Shown piece after piece: positions 1 through 8,578 of a DNA stretch of 64,000 nucleotides. The number at the start of each line of letters is the position of its first letter. Positions within the stretch are counted from its first letter, which is position 1. The translations under genes and the position numbers were made by a program. Below the pieces are notes generated by a model. That model made no database searches. It saw nothing but the letters and a program-made list of their open reading frames with translations, and had not been told where the DNA came from. This stretch comes from Myxococcota bacterium (GTDB lineage: Bacteria; Myxococcota_A; UBA9160; UBA6930): NCBI GenBank assembly GCA_965223415.1, contig OZ245002.1:5088001-5152000 (forward strand), given 5' to 3'.

Positions 1-705
1 CGCCAGGCCCTGCATGCGCTCGCCGCTCGGCCGCTCGGTCACCGGGCCGTGGGGCGTCACCGGCTGGAGGACGACGCAGGCACCGGGATGGACCTCGGCC
101 ACGGTCGCCAGCGCCTCCTCGACCTCCGCGTCCCCACTGGCGGGGGTGATCACCAGCTTCACCACCACCGCCGGCGCGGCGCGCGCCACCTCGAGGAAGC
201 GGCGATGCTCCGGGTGGAAGGGCGCCGGCTCGCCGCGCTTGGGGTCGCTCTCCCGCCGCACGTCGCTGGCGAGCTTCCAGTCCATCGACACAAGGTCGAC
301 GCGCCCGATCACGCGGGCGAGAGCGTCGGCGTGGAGGCCGTGGGTCTCGAGGAAGAGCCCCGGCCCGCGCCCCGCCAGGCGCTCAGCGGCCGCGGCCAGC
401 GCCTCGGGCTGGAGCAGGGGCTCGCCGCCGGTGAAGCTCACCCAGCGGTGGGCCGCCAGGTCGAGAGCCTCCGCCGCGGCCAGCAGCCGCTCCGGTGCGA
501 CCGGGTTCGGCTCCTCGTACCACTGGCCGCTGCCCGGTGCCGTCTCGAAACGCGCGCGGTGGGCCGCCAGCCAGGTCCCGGGCGAATCGCACCAGCGGCA
601 GCGCAGGTCACAGCGCCCGAAGCGCACGAAGAGCGTCCGGGTGCCGACCTCCGGTCCCTCGCCCTGGACCGAGGAGAAGACCTCGACCAGGTTCGCCGAC
701 GTCAC
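1..705 (-). CDS. queE: 7-carboxy-7-deazaguanine synthase (radical SAM), 3' end beyond window
   Basis: Manual translation from GTG 705: MTSANLVEVFSSVQGEGPEVGTRTLFVRFGRCDLRCRWCDSP, with the SxQGEG and CxxxCxxCD motifs plus FTGGEP. Absent from the ORF track because it has no stop in the window. Confidence 0.9.
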   Translation of the reverse strand, partial: MTSANLVEVFSSVQGEGPEVGTRTLFVRFGRCDLRCRWCDSPGTWLAAHRARFETAPGSGQWYEEPNPVAPERLLAAAEALDLAAHRWVSFTGGEPLLQPEALAAAAERLAGRGPGLFLETHGLHADALARVIGRVDLVSMDWKLASDVRRESDPKRGEPAPFHPEHRRFLEVARAAPAVVVKLVITPASGDAEVEEALATVAEVHPGACVVLQPVTPHGPVTERPSGERMQGLA

Positions 706-713
706 CGGGCCGC

Positions 714-3584
714 TCAGCCCTCGAGCACCGAGCGGCCCATGCCGATCTCCGCGACCAGATCGTCCAGGCGCTCGGGCTTCGCTGCCAGGTCCTTCACCCG
801 GAAGCGCGCCACGTGATCCGCGTCGGACCCGGCCTCGACCCAGGCGAACTTCTCCACCAGGTGTTCGAGCATCGAAGCCAGGTCGACCGCCCTCTTGCCC
901 GTGACGTCGTCGGCGCCCAGCACGAGCAGGTCCTCGCCCTCGGTCAGCGCCAGGGACAGCCCCGCGCCGTAGCGCTCGCGGGCCATGCGCATGGTCAAGT
1001 GTAGGTCCAGATGGGCAGGAACCGAGGCCACCACCATGCCGAGGCCTGCGAAGTGCACGAGCCGGAAGTCCCGCTCCTGCACGTAGGCGAGCTCCGGGGG
1101 CAGCGGCGGCTCCTCGGCGCGGGATGCCTCCTTCGCCAGGTCCGAGGGGCGGCCCGCCAGCAGCATCTCCAGGTTGGAGCGGCGATCTCCCGGGTTGGCC
1201 ACGATCTCTCCGAGCCTCCACCACCACACCCGCCCCCAGCGCTGGAAGTCGTGGTGGCTGAAGCGCCCCGTCACCAGGTCGACGAGCTTCTCGGAGAAGC
1301 GGCTGCGACGGGTGCACTCCGGGATCACCAGGGGAAGCGAGCTGCCGGCGCCCGGCGCGACCCGCGTGTAGCCGGCGCCGATCGCATCGCGCATGGCACC
1401 CAGGTCTTCCGGCGGCCAGTCGTGGTGGTCGAACCAGACGATGCGCCCCCGGTAGAGGGAGGCCGCCTGGATCGCGTCCCGTGCCGGCTTGGCCGCGAAG
1501 CCCACCACGTAGATCGGCGTCTTGTCGCGGAGGTCCGTCGCCACGCCCCGGAAGAAGGTCATGAGCTCTTCCTGGGGGTAGACCCAGATCCCCTCGATCT
1601 GGCGCAGGTCCCGGGCGAGCAGCACCGCCGCCGCGATGGACTGGCGATCCGCGTGGGCCAGGATCGCGGCCCGCCCCCGCGGCAGCCCCGCGGTCTCCTC
1701 CGGCGAATCGACGGCCCGCTCTCCCGACGGTGTCGGCGGCGCCAGGGCCGCGTGCCGGGCGCGGCGACGCTTCTCGCGCTCGAGCCGGACCCGTTCGAGC
1801 TCCGTCATGGGCTCGTCGTCGTCGTCGTCGTAGCTCACCTCGTCCCGGGTCTCGTCGGGATCCGGCGCGTCCGGGGAGAGACCGAGCTCCTCGTCGTCGA
1901 CGACGTCCTCGTCGTCGACTGCGGCTCCCGAGGCGGCTGGTGCGCTGTCGAGATCGGCCGGCGACGACTCTCCGGCCTCGCCTTCGGCGCGGCTGCCTTC
2001 CTCCGCCGGCCGGCGGCCGCCGCGTCCGCGACGGCCCCGTCCTCGGCGGCGGCGCCGGGCTCCGCCGTTGCGGTCGTCGCTTCCATCCTCGTCGAGATCG
2101 AAGAGCGAGAGCTCGTCGAAGCCCACCTCGGCCGGCTCCTCCGGCTCGTCGCCTTGGGGCGACGCGCCGTCGCTACCGGCGGGCCCTCGCGAGCCGCCGT
2201 CGGCCGCGCCTCGCGCGCCGCCATCGGCCGGGTCGCCCCCGTTGCCCGCCCCCGCAGCTCGCTCACCACCGCCGCGACGCCGTCGGCCGCCGCGCCGGCG
2301 ACGCCGGGCGCCGCCCTCGCGAGCCTCGCTGCCTTCGCCGTCCTCGCTCTCCGGCTGCGGCTCTCCGCGGCCTTCCCCGCCCTCCCGAGCCGGCGCATTG
2401 CGGGCCGCGGGAAGGGGTGCCGGCGCAGTCACCGCCGCGTCGAGCTCTGCCTTCACCCGAAGTCCGCCGTCACTGCCCGCACCCTCGTAGCAGGTGACCG
2501 GCAGCCCGAGGTGGCCGAGCACCGCCTGGGTCGCCCCGTCGTACTCCGCTGCCGCCAGGGCCAGACGCGGCCGTTCGAAGCGGAGCGGCGCACCGGCCTC
2601 GGCGAGGGCCACCGGGAGCCACGGCTCGGCGGCGAGGGTAGCGTCGAGCACCTCGCCCAGCGCCTCGAGGCCGAGGCGCTGTCGGGCCGCGCCCACCACC
2701 GGCGCGCCGTCGCCGGTCACGCCGATCACGTCGATCGCACCGGCGGCGGAGCCGAAGGGCCAGCGACGCGCGAAGCGCAGCCCCGCCTGGGCCTCCAGGG
2801 CCGGGAGCCAGCGCGCGCGCACGCCGTCCTCGCCGGACTGGACCCGGCGGTCGTTGAGGCGCTTGCGAATGGAGCCCTCCAGGCGATCCATGGCTTCGGA
2901 GACGCTGCCCTCGGTCAGGGGATGGACGCTCCGGCTCGGCTCGAGGAGCTCGAGCACGATGCGCGCGCCGTCCGCCCGCAGGCTGGCGACGGTGCGCGCC
3001 AGGATCACGAGCTCGACGCCGCCTCCCGCGGCGCGCATGGCGCCCGCGTGCTTCGCCGCGAGACCGCGGAAGGCCTCGAGGGCGCGCTGGCAGAGCGCCC
3101 TCCCCTCCGGCGTACTCACCTGGGCGACGACCGTGTCCGGCGCCGCCCAGACGGCGTCGCCGGCGCGCTCGGCCACGACCGGTTCGGGCTCGGCGCCGTC
3201 GCCGGGCACGAGCAGCGCCCGGGGCGTCGGCTCGAACGCCGCCAGCGCCCCGAGCCGGCGGCGACTGGCCGGATCCCACCTCGGCGCGAAGGCCGCGACG
3301 ACCGTTCCCTCGCCCTCCTCGCGGGCCGCGGCCACGATCCCCGCCAGCAGCGCGTCGCCGCCGGAGTGGGGGCTCACCGCCACCACCCAGCGCTCGTCCT
3401 CGCGCTGGGCGCGAGCGATCAGGGCGTAGTGGTCCGGCACGTCCTCGGGCTGGGCCGCCTCCAGCTCGGCACCGGCCAGCTGGGGCGTCTCGCGCACCCG
3501 CTCGAGCCAGCGTGCCTCAATCGGGGTCGATCGCCCCTCGTCTGCGCGGCGTCGCCGCCGCGGGAATCGTCGCCGCATCACCAT
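714..3584 (-). CDS. Large multidomain protein: unknown N-terminal region, Arg/acidic low-complexity linker, C-terminal DHH-phosphoesterase-like domain
   Basis: The C-terminal region has IVWFDHH and an AILAHAD motif-1-like segment; the central region has RRRRRGGRRRR and D/E-rich tracts. Confidence 0.7.
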   Translation of the reverse strand: MVMRRRFPRRRRRADEGRSTPIEARWLERVRETPQLAGAELEAAQPEDVPDHYALIARAQREDERWVVAVSPHSGGDALLAGIVAAAREEGEGTVVAAFAPRWDPASRRRLGALAAFEPTPRALLVPGDGAEPEPVVAERAGDAVWAAPDTVVAQVSTPEGRALCQRALEAFRGLAAKHAGAMRAAGGGVELVILARTVASLRADGARIVLELLEPSRSVHPLTEGSVSEAMDRLEGSIRKRLNDRRVQSGEDGVRARWLPALEAQAGLRFARRWPFGSAAGAIDVIGVTGDGAPVVGAARQRLGLEALGEVLDATLAAEPWLPVALAEAGAPLRFERPRLALAAAEYDGATQAVLGHLGLPVTCYEGAGSDGGLRVKAELDAAVTAPAPLPAARNAPAREGGEGRGEPQPESEDGEGSEAREGGARRRRRGGRRRRGGGERAAGAGNGGDPADGGARGAADGGSRGPAGSDGASPQGDEPEEPAEVGFDELSLFDLDEDGSDDRNGGARRRRRGRGRRGRGGRRPAEEGSRAEGEAGESSPADLDSAPAASGAAVDDEDVVDDEELGLSPDAPDPDETRDEVSYDDDDDEPMTELERVRLEREKRRRARHAALAPPTPSGERAVDSPEETAGLPRGRAAILAHADRQSIAAAVLLARDLRQIEGIWVYPQEELMTFFRGVATDLRDKTPIYVVGFAAKPARDAIQAASLYRGRIVWFDHHDWPPEDLGAMRDAIGAGYTRVAPGAGSSLPLVIPECTRRSRFSEKLVDLVTGRFSHHDFQRWGRVWWWRLGEIVANPGDRRSNLEMLLAGRPSDLAKEASRAEEPPLPPELAYVQERDFRLVHFAGLGMVVASVPAHLDLHLTMRMARERYGAGLSLALTEGEDLLVLGADDVTGKRAVDLASMLEHLVEKFAWVEAGSDADHVARFRVKDLAAKPERLDDLVAEIGMGRSVLEG

Positions 3585-3634
3585 GGGTCCGTCATCTCCA
3601 ACGTCGCGGCCTCAGCGAGGCCGGGCTGCCGCCT

Positions 3635-3982
3635 TCACTCGTCTTCGGGAGGCGGCGCGAGGCCGAGCCGCTCTCCCTGGACGAGGCTCACGGTGGCGTC
3701 GACCAGCACCTTCTCGAGCTCCAGGTAGAGCCCGTCGTGCCCGATCGCCGCCGCCAGGCGGTCCTTGTGTTTCGCGAAATCCAGGAGGATGCCGCCCAGC
3801 AGCTTGCGATCGGCCCGGGCGTACTTCACGACCCGGTTCCAATCGGCCAGCGGCACGTCGATCCGCAGGTCACGGACCTCCTCCAGCTCCGGCGCCAGAT
3901 CGTCGCGCAGGATCGTGAGCGTCACGCTCTTCGCACCCTTGCGTACCTGGGCGCGCCAGAATCGTCCCTGGGAGAGGATCAC
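3635..3982 (-). CDS. Hypothetical protein
   Basis: 115-aa ORF of normal composition, co-oriented within the operon. Confidence 0.7.
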   Translation of the reverse strand: MILSQGRFWRAQVRKGAKSVTLTILRDDLAPELEEVRDLRIDVPLADWNRVVKYARADRKLLGGILLDFAKHKDRLAAAIGHDGLYLELEKVLVDATVSLVQGERLGLAPPPEDE

Positions 3983-4013
3983 GGCCTCAGCCCCTCCGGC
4001 TCGTCGGGGAGCG

Positions 4014-5219
4014 TCACGGCGTCACGATCAGCGACTCGCCGTCGCCCTCGTCGTCGACGCCGGCCTCGCCAGGGGCTTCGTCTTCGAGACCGAGCCCGGC
4101 GATGGCCGGACCCAGGGGAATCCACAGCATCGCGCGGGCCAGCGGGTTGTCCCGGGGCTCGCGCTCTTCGAAGGCCGCCGCCGCCGCGAGACAGGCGCGG
4201 GCCGCGTCCTCGTCGCCTCGGCGCCAGAGCAGGAAGGCGGTCTCGCGGAAGCGATGAGCGGTCGTCCCGCCTCGCTCGCCGGAATAGATGGCGTCGGCGC
4301 CGTCGGCCAGCACCCCGTCGAGCTGCTCGCGCTTGGCGGTGCCGGACACGATCAGCGGGCTGTCCATGGCGGTCTGGATCGTGGCGAGGAGCTCGCTCAG
4401 CAGCTCGCGGGGCGGCGGCCAGGGGCCCACGCGACCCTGCTCCACCATCTCGGTGGCGCGCTCGAGCAGCGCGCCCTCGTCGTCGAGCTCCAGCGCTTCG
4501 CGGGCCTGCTCGCCCGGGAGCTTCGCGTCGGCCGGTGCCTCGACGAGCCGGCTGCGGCACTCGCCGAAGCCCCGCGGCAGCCCGCGGTCCTTGGGATGCG
4601 CCTCGAGGGCCCGCGCCACCACGGCCTGGAGCGCCGCCTCCTCGACTGGGATGGCCGGGTGGCCGTCGCGCTCGGTGAGCTGCTTCAGAAACCGGCGCAC
4701 CTTGCCACGGCTCGCCGAATAGCGTTCGAAGGAGAGGATCCCGCGCTCGTCATCCAGGATCACTTCGAGCAGTCGCGTGCCCGAGGTCGGGTGCGGCTCG
4801 ACGAGGACGGCCATGCGCGCACCGGAGGGATCCAGCGGTGTGAGCCAGCTTCCCTCGAGGCTCTCCTCCGACGGGGCGAGGGCGGCCACCTTGGGAGCCG
4901 GCGCCTCCTCCCGGACGGCGACGCCCCGAGAACGCAGCCGGTGCTTCAGGCGCCGCAGCGCCTTGCCTCCGGCCTTGCTCAGGTCGGCTTCGGGCAGCTC
5001 CGCGACCAGCTCGGCGCCGCGGGGCTCCGCCTCCCAGGCTTCGGCCAGCTCGATGGCATCCTCGGGATGGTGATCGAGGAGCCAGCCCAGGACGCGGGCC
5101 GCGGCCTCGGGCGCCAGCTCCTCCAGCAGGCGATGGGCATCTCCGTTGGCGGGCCGGATCGCGTCCGCATCGCTGGGCAACGCACCCGCCGCCGCCTCCA
5201 GGGCCTCGGCCAGGCTCAC
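4014..5219 (-). CDS. Hypothetical protein (helical)
   Basis: 401-aa ORF whose start overlaps the cutA stop (GTGA). Confidence 0.75.
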   Translation of the reverse strand: MSLAEALEAAAGALPSDADAIRPANGDAHRLLEELAPEAAARVLGWLLDHHPEDAIELAEAWEAEPRGAELVAELPEADLSKAGGKALRRLKHRLRSRGVAVREEAPAPKVAALAPSEESLEGSWLTPLDPSGARMAVLVEPHPTSGTRLLEVILDDERGILSFERYSASRGKVRRFLKQLTERDGHPAIPVEEAALQAVVARALEAHPKDRGLPRGFGECRSRLVEAPADAKLPGEQAREALELDDEGALLERATEMVEQGRVGPWPPPRELLSELLATIQTAMDSPLIVSGTAKREQLDGVLADGADAIYSGERGGTTAHRFRETAFLLWRRGDEDAARACLAAAAAFEEREPRDNPLARAMLWIPLGPAIAGLGLEDEAPGEAGVDDEGDGESLIVTP

Positions 5220-5563
5220 GCCGAGGCCTCGGCACGCACCCAGTCGAGATAGTCGGCGCTCCCGCCGTCCACCGCCAGGACGAGCACCTCCGGCACGTCG
5301 TAGGGATGGAGCTCCCGAACCCGGGTGGTGAGGTTCTCGAGACGGTCCGCTCGGGTCTTCACCAAGAGCAGTACCTCCGCGTCATCCTGGATCTCCCCCT
5401 CCCACCGGTAGATCGAGCGCAGGCCGGGCACGACGTTGACGCAGGCAGCCAGGCGCTCGTCGACGAGGGCGCGGCCCAGGCGGGCGCCGGCCTCCGCGTC
5501 CGGGGCGGTCACCAGCACCAGCCGCAAGGCGTCTCCGCCGTCTCGTCCCCCCTCCAGGGTCAT
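5216..5563 (-). CDS. cutA: Divalent-cation tolerance protein CutA
   Basis: LVDERLAACVN, SIYRWEG and HPYDVPE motifs. Confidence 0.93.
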   Translation of the reverse strand: MTLEGGRDGGDALRLVLVTAPDAEAGARLGRALVDERLAACVNVVPGLRSIYRWEGEIQDDAEVLLLVKTRADRLENLTTRVRELHPYDVPEVLVLAVDGGSADYLDWVRAEASA

Positions 5564-6711
5564 CGGGAATCCAGCAGTTTCTCGTGTTCCGCGAGCGCGA
5601 ACCGGTCGGTCATGCCCGCGATGTAGTCGGCAATCGCGCGAGCTTCGCCTTCCTCGGGGAATCGCGCCACTACGTGTGCCGGAAGCCGCCCGGGATCCCG
5701 CCGGTAGGCCTCGAAGAGGCCCCCGATCACCTCCTCCGCGACCCGGCTGCGGCCCACGACGTCGGGATGGTGGTACATGTGAACCGAAAGGAACTCCTTG
5801 AGGTTCGCCTTAAGCTCCCGGATCTCGGACGAAAAACCGATCAGCCGTTGCGAGGTACGAACCTCGTCCGCCGAGCCCGGGGCTCGCTCCGCCAGCCCTG
5901 CGGCCGAGGCCTCCAGCAGGTCCGTCACGAGCCGGTTGATGAGCGCGACGATCACCTGGGCGCCCTGCACGGGCGGCGCCAGGGTGCCGTGCTGCACCTC
6001 CACGTGGCGCCTGCACTCGGCCCAGAGCGGCACCGCGTCGAGCTGGCCCGGCTGCAGCAGGCCCGAGCGCAGCCCGTCGTCGAGATCGTGGTTCAGGTAG
6101 GCGATTTCGTCGGACTGGTCGGCGACCTGCGCTTCCAGGCTCGGGCTCCGGGCGAGCTCCGGCAGGGGCGCCGGATGCTCCCAGTCGCTGCCGTGCTTCA
6201 GGATCCCCTCCCGGGTCTCGTGGGTGAGGTTCAGGCCGCGGAAGCCCGGGTAGCGATCCTCCAGCCAGTCGACGATGCGGAGGGTCTGGCGATTGTGGTC
6301 GAAGCCGCCTGCTTCCTTCATCCACTCGTCGAGTACGCGCTCACCGGCGTGACCGAAGGGCGTGTGGCCCAGATCGTGGGCCAGGGCGACGGCCTCCGCC
6401 AGCTCCTCGTGGAGGCGCAGGCCGCGGGCCAGGGTGCGCGCGATCTGGCTGCCCTCGAGGGTGTGGGTGAGGCGATTGCGCTCGTGGTCTCCCTCGTGGA
6501 AGACGAACACCTGGGTCTTGTACTCGAGCCGGCGAAAGGCACGACTGTGGACGACCCGGTCGCGATCCCGGGCGAAGGCCGTGCGGTGGCGGTGCTCCGG
6601 CTCCGGGTGGACCCGTCCGCGGGAGTCGCCGCTCTTCTGGGCGAAGGGCGCGAGGCGCGCGCGTTCCTCCGCCTCGCGATCCTCGCGGGTCGCGATCAGC
6701 GATCGGCTCAC
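5560..6711 (-). CDS. dgt: Deoxyguanosinetriphosphate triphosphohydrolase (HD domain)
   Basis: RTAFARDRDR, FRRLEYKTQVF, RNRLTH, HDLGHTPFGHAGE and DYIAGMTD motifs; start taken at GTG 6711. Confidence 0.93.
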   Translation of the reverse strand: MSRSLIATREDREAEERARLAPFAQKSGDSRGRVHPEPEHRHRTAFARDRDRVVHSRAFRRLEYKTQVFVFHEGDHERNRLTHTLEGSQIARTLARGLRLHEELAEAVALAHDLGHTPFGHAGERVLDEWMKEAGGFDHNRQTLRIVDWLEDRYPGFRGLNLTHETREGILKHGSDWEHPAPLPELARSPSLEAQVADQSDEIAYLNHDLDDGLRSGLLQPGQLDAVPLWAECRRHVEVQHGTLAPPVQGAQVIVALINRLVTDLLEASAAGLAERAPGSADEVRTSQRLIGFSSEIRELKANLKEFLSVHMYHHPDVVGRSRVAEEVIGGLFEAYRRDPGRLPAHVVARFPEEGEARAIADYIAGMTDRFALAEHEKLLDSR

Positions 6712-6875
6712 GGCGCCTCCTCCCGTGAATCGCGAAGCACCCGCTCCAGCTCCGCGCGGGAGGGCTCGTCGATGGGCTCGTGAGGCGGCGTCGCCTGCGA
6801 ACCGTCGCTGCGCACGTCCATCGTGACCAACGCCCAGGCTGCCAGCGCGGCCAGGGCGAGGGCCACCCATGCCAT
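6708..6875 (-). CDS. Small membrane-anchored protein (55 aa)
   Basis: MAWVALALAALAAWALVT...; its stop overlaps the dgt start. Confidence 0.55.
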   Translation of the reverse strand: MAWVALALAALAAWALVTMDVRSDGSQATPPHEPIDEPSRAELERVLRDSREEAP

Positions 6876-7042
6876 AGGCCCGCGCGTCACGAGAACACCT
6901 CCTGGGACCGACGTGGAGAGCGTGGGTCGGGGTGAGGGGCGGGGGACCGGGGGAGATGAAGAGCGTAGCCCCGGCGACCGGCCCCGGCACGGCGCCCCGG
7001 ACCGGACCGAGAGAGGCGCCGGATCACGGCTAGCATTCCGCC

Positions 7043-8158
7043 ATGGACGCCCCGCCCGATCGCCTGCTCCTCGGCCCCGGCCCGTCGAACGCCCACCCGC
7101 GCGTGCTCGAAGCCATGTCCCGCCCACTCCTCGGTCATCTCGACCCGGCCTTCCTGGCCCTGATGGACGAGGCCCAGGAGCGGCTGCGTCGCCTGTTCGG
7201 CACCGAGAACCCGCTCACCCTCCCCCTCTCCGCCACCGGGAGCGCGGGGATGGAGGCGTGCCTGAGCAACCTGCTCGAGCCCGGCGACGATGTAGTGGTC
7301 GGCGTGGCGGGCGTGTTCGGCGAGCGCATGAGCGAGGTGGCGAGCCGCATCGGCGCACGGGTCACCCGGGTGGAGGCCGAGTGGGGGACCGCCCTCGACC
7401 CGGCGGCGATGGAGGCCGCGGTGACGCGGGTCGCCCCGAAGGTGGTGGCCTTCGTGCACGCGGAGACGTCCACCGGCGTGCTTCAGCCCGTGCCGCCGAT
7501 CGCCGGGCCGGCTCGCGAGGCCGGCGCCTTCGTGGTACTCGACTGCGTCACCTCTCTCGCGGGGCTGTCGCTGGAGCTCGATGCCTGGGGGATCGACGCG
7601 GCCTACAGCGGCACCCAGAAGTGTCTCTCGATCCCGCCGGGTCTCTCGCCGGCCTCGTTCAGCGAGCGCGCGGTGGAGCGGGTGCGCGGGCGCCGGAAGA
7701 AGGTGCAGAGCTGGTACTTCGACGTCTCCCTGCTCGCCGGCTACTACGGCGGCGAGCGCGCCTATCATCACACGGCGCCCATCTCGGCGATCTACGGACT
7801 GGTCGAGGGCCTGCGCGTGGTCGAAGAAGAAGGCCTGCCCGCCCGGGAAGCCCGCCATCGCGAGGCCCAGCGCGTCCTCCTCCAACGCCTGGCCACCCTG
7901 GGCTTCGAGCCCCTGGTCGACGAGGCCGTGCGGCTGCCGCCGCTCACGACCCTGCGCCTGCCGCCCGCGGTCCAGAACGCGGGCGAGGCCGCCGTGCGGC
8001 GCCGGCTTCTGGACGAGCACGGCATCGAGGTCGGCGGCGGCCTGGGCAAGCTCGCGGGCGGCGTGTGGCGAGTCGGCCTCATGGGCGAGAACGCCCGGCC
8101 CGAAAGCGTGGCGCGGCTCGAGAACGCCCTACATGCCGTGCTCGGGGATGCTGCTTGA
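7043..8158 (+). CDS. Alanine-glyoxylate/serine-pyruvate aminotransferase family (class V PLP)
   Basis: LLLGPGPSN, HAETSTGV, YSGTQKCL and YHHT motifs. Confidence 0.92.
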   Translation: MDAPPDRLLLGPGPSNAHPRVLEAMSRPLLGHLDPAFLALMDEAQERLRRLFGTENPLTLPLSATGSAGMEACLSNLLEPGDDVVVGVAGVFGERMSEVASRIGARVTRVEAEWGTALDPAAMEAAVTRVAPKVVAFVHAETSTGVLQPVPPIAGPAREAGAFVVLDCVTSLAGLSLELDAWGIDAAYSGTQKCLSIPPGLSPASFSERAVERVRGRRKKVQSWYFDVSLLAGYYGGERAYHHTAPISAIYGLVEGLRVVEEEGLPAREARHREAQRVLLQRLATLGFEPLVDEAVRLPPLTTLRLPPAVQNAGEAAVRRRLLDEHGIEVGGGLGKLAGGVWRVGLMGENARPESVARLENALHAVLGDAA

Positions 8159-8184
8159 CCGCGCCGCGCGGCGGCTGCTAACCC
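8155..8184 (+). promoter_or_regulatory. Putative sigma70 promoter of the riboswitch leader
   Basis: TTGACC (8155-8160), an 18-bp spacer, and an extended -10-like TGcTAACCC. Confidence 0.4.
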
Positions 8185-8198
8185 TGCGCCAACAGAAA

Positions 8199-8452
8199 CG
8201 CCCGGGCGCCCCGCAAGGCCCGAGCCGAACGAGCGTTCGGCTCGGTGGGAAGGTCGTGAGAATCGACCGCGGTCGCGCCACTGTGATAGGGGAGCTTCGC
8301 ACGCCAGAGCCACTGGGCCGACCTCGCCGATCCCGACGGGATCCGGACGCGGCCGGCCTGGGAAGGAAGCCGCGGAGCGCCAGCGGCCCCCCGATACCCG
8401 AGGACCAGGGGGACCCGCCGACACCCTTCAGCCAGGACACCTGCCCGGGACG
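8199..8452 (+). ncRNA. Cobalamin (B12) riboswitch
   Basis: Contains GGGAAGgtcGTGAgAATCgaccGCGGTcgcGCCACTGTGA, GAGCCACTGG...CTGGGAAGG and the B12 box AGCCAGgAcACCTGCC. P1 pairs CCCGGGC with GCCCGGG. It sits upstream of a TonB-dependent receptor. Confidence 0.88.
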
Positions 8453-8578
8453 AAAGACGCAGCGGCTCTCCGCGAAAGGGAGCGACGCGGCGAGGTGCCC
8501 AGTGATCCGCTGAAGGAGACGGGCTCCTCCTCCTTCGCTCGCCCGCCATGAACGGAGAGCGGCGGCAGGAGGCCCGAC

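Noticed and set aside
1..6711. queE plus dGTPase as a Dpd (7-deazaguanine DNA modification) or antiphage island
   Set aside because: No dpdA/tgt-like or defence genes in view; the context (cutA, host-like GC) looks like housekeeping.
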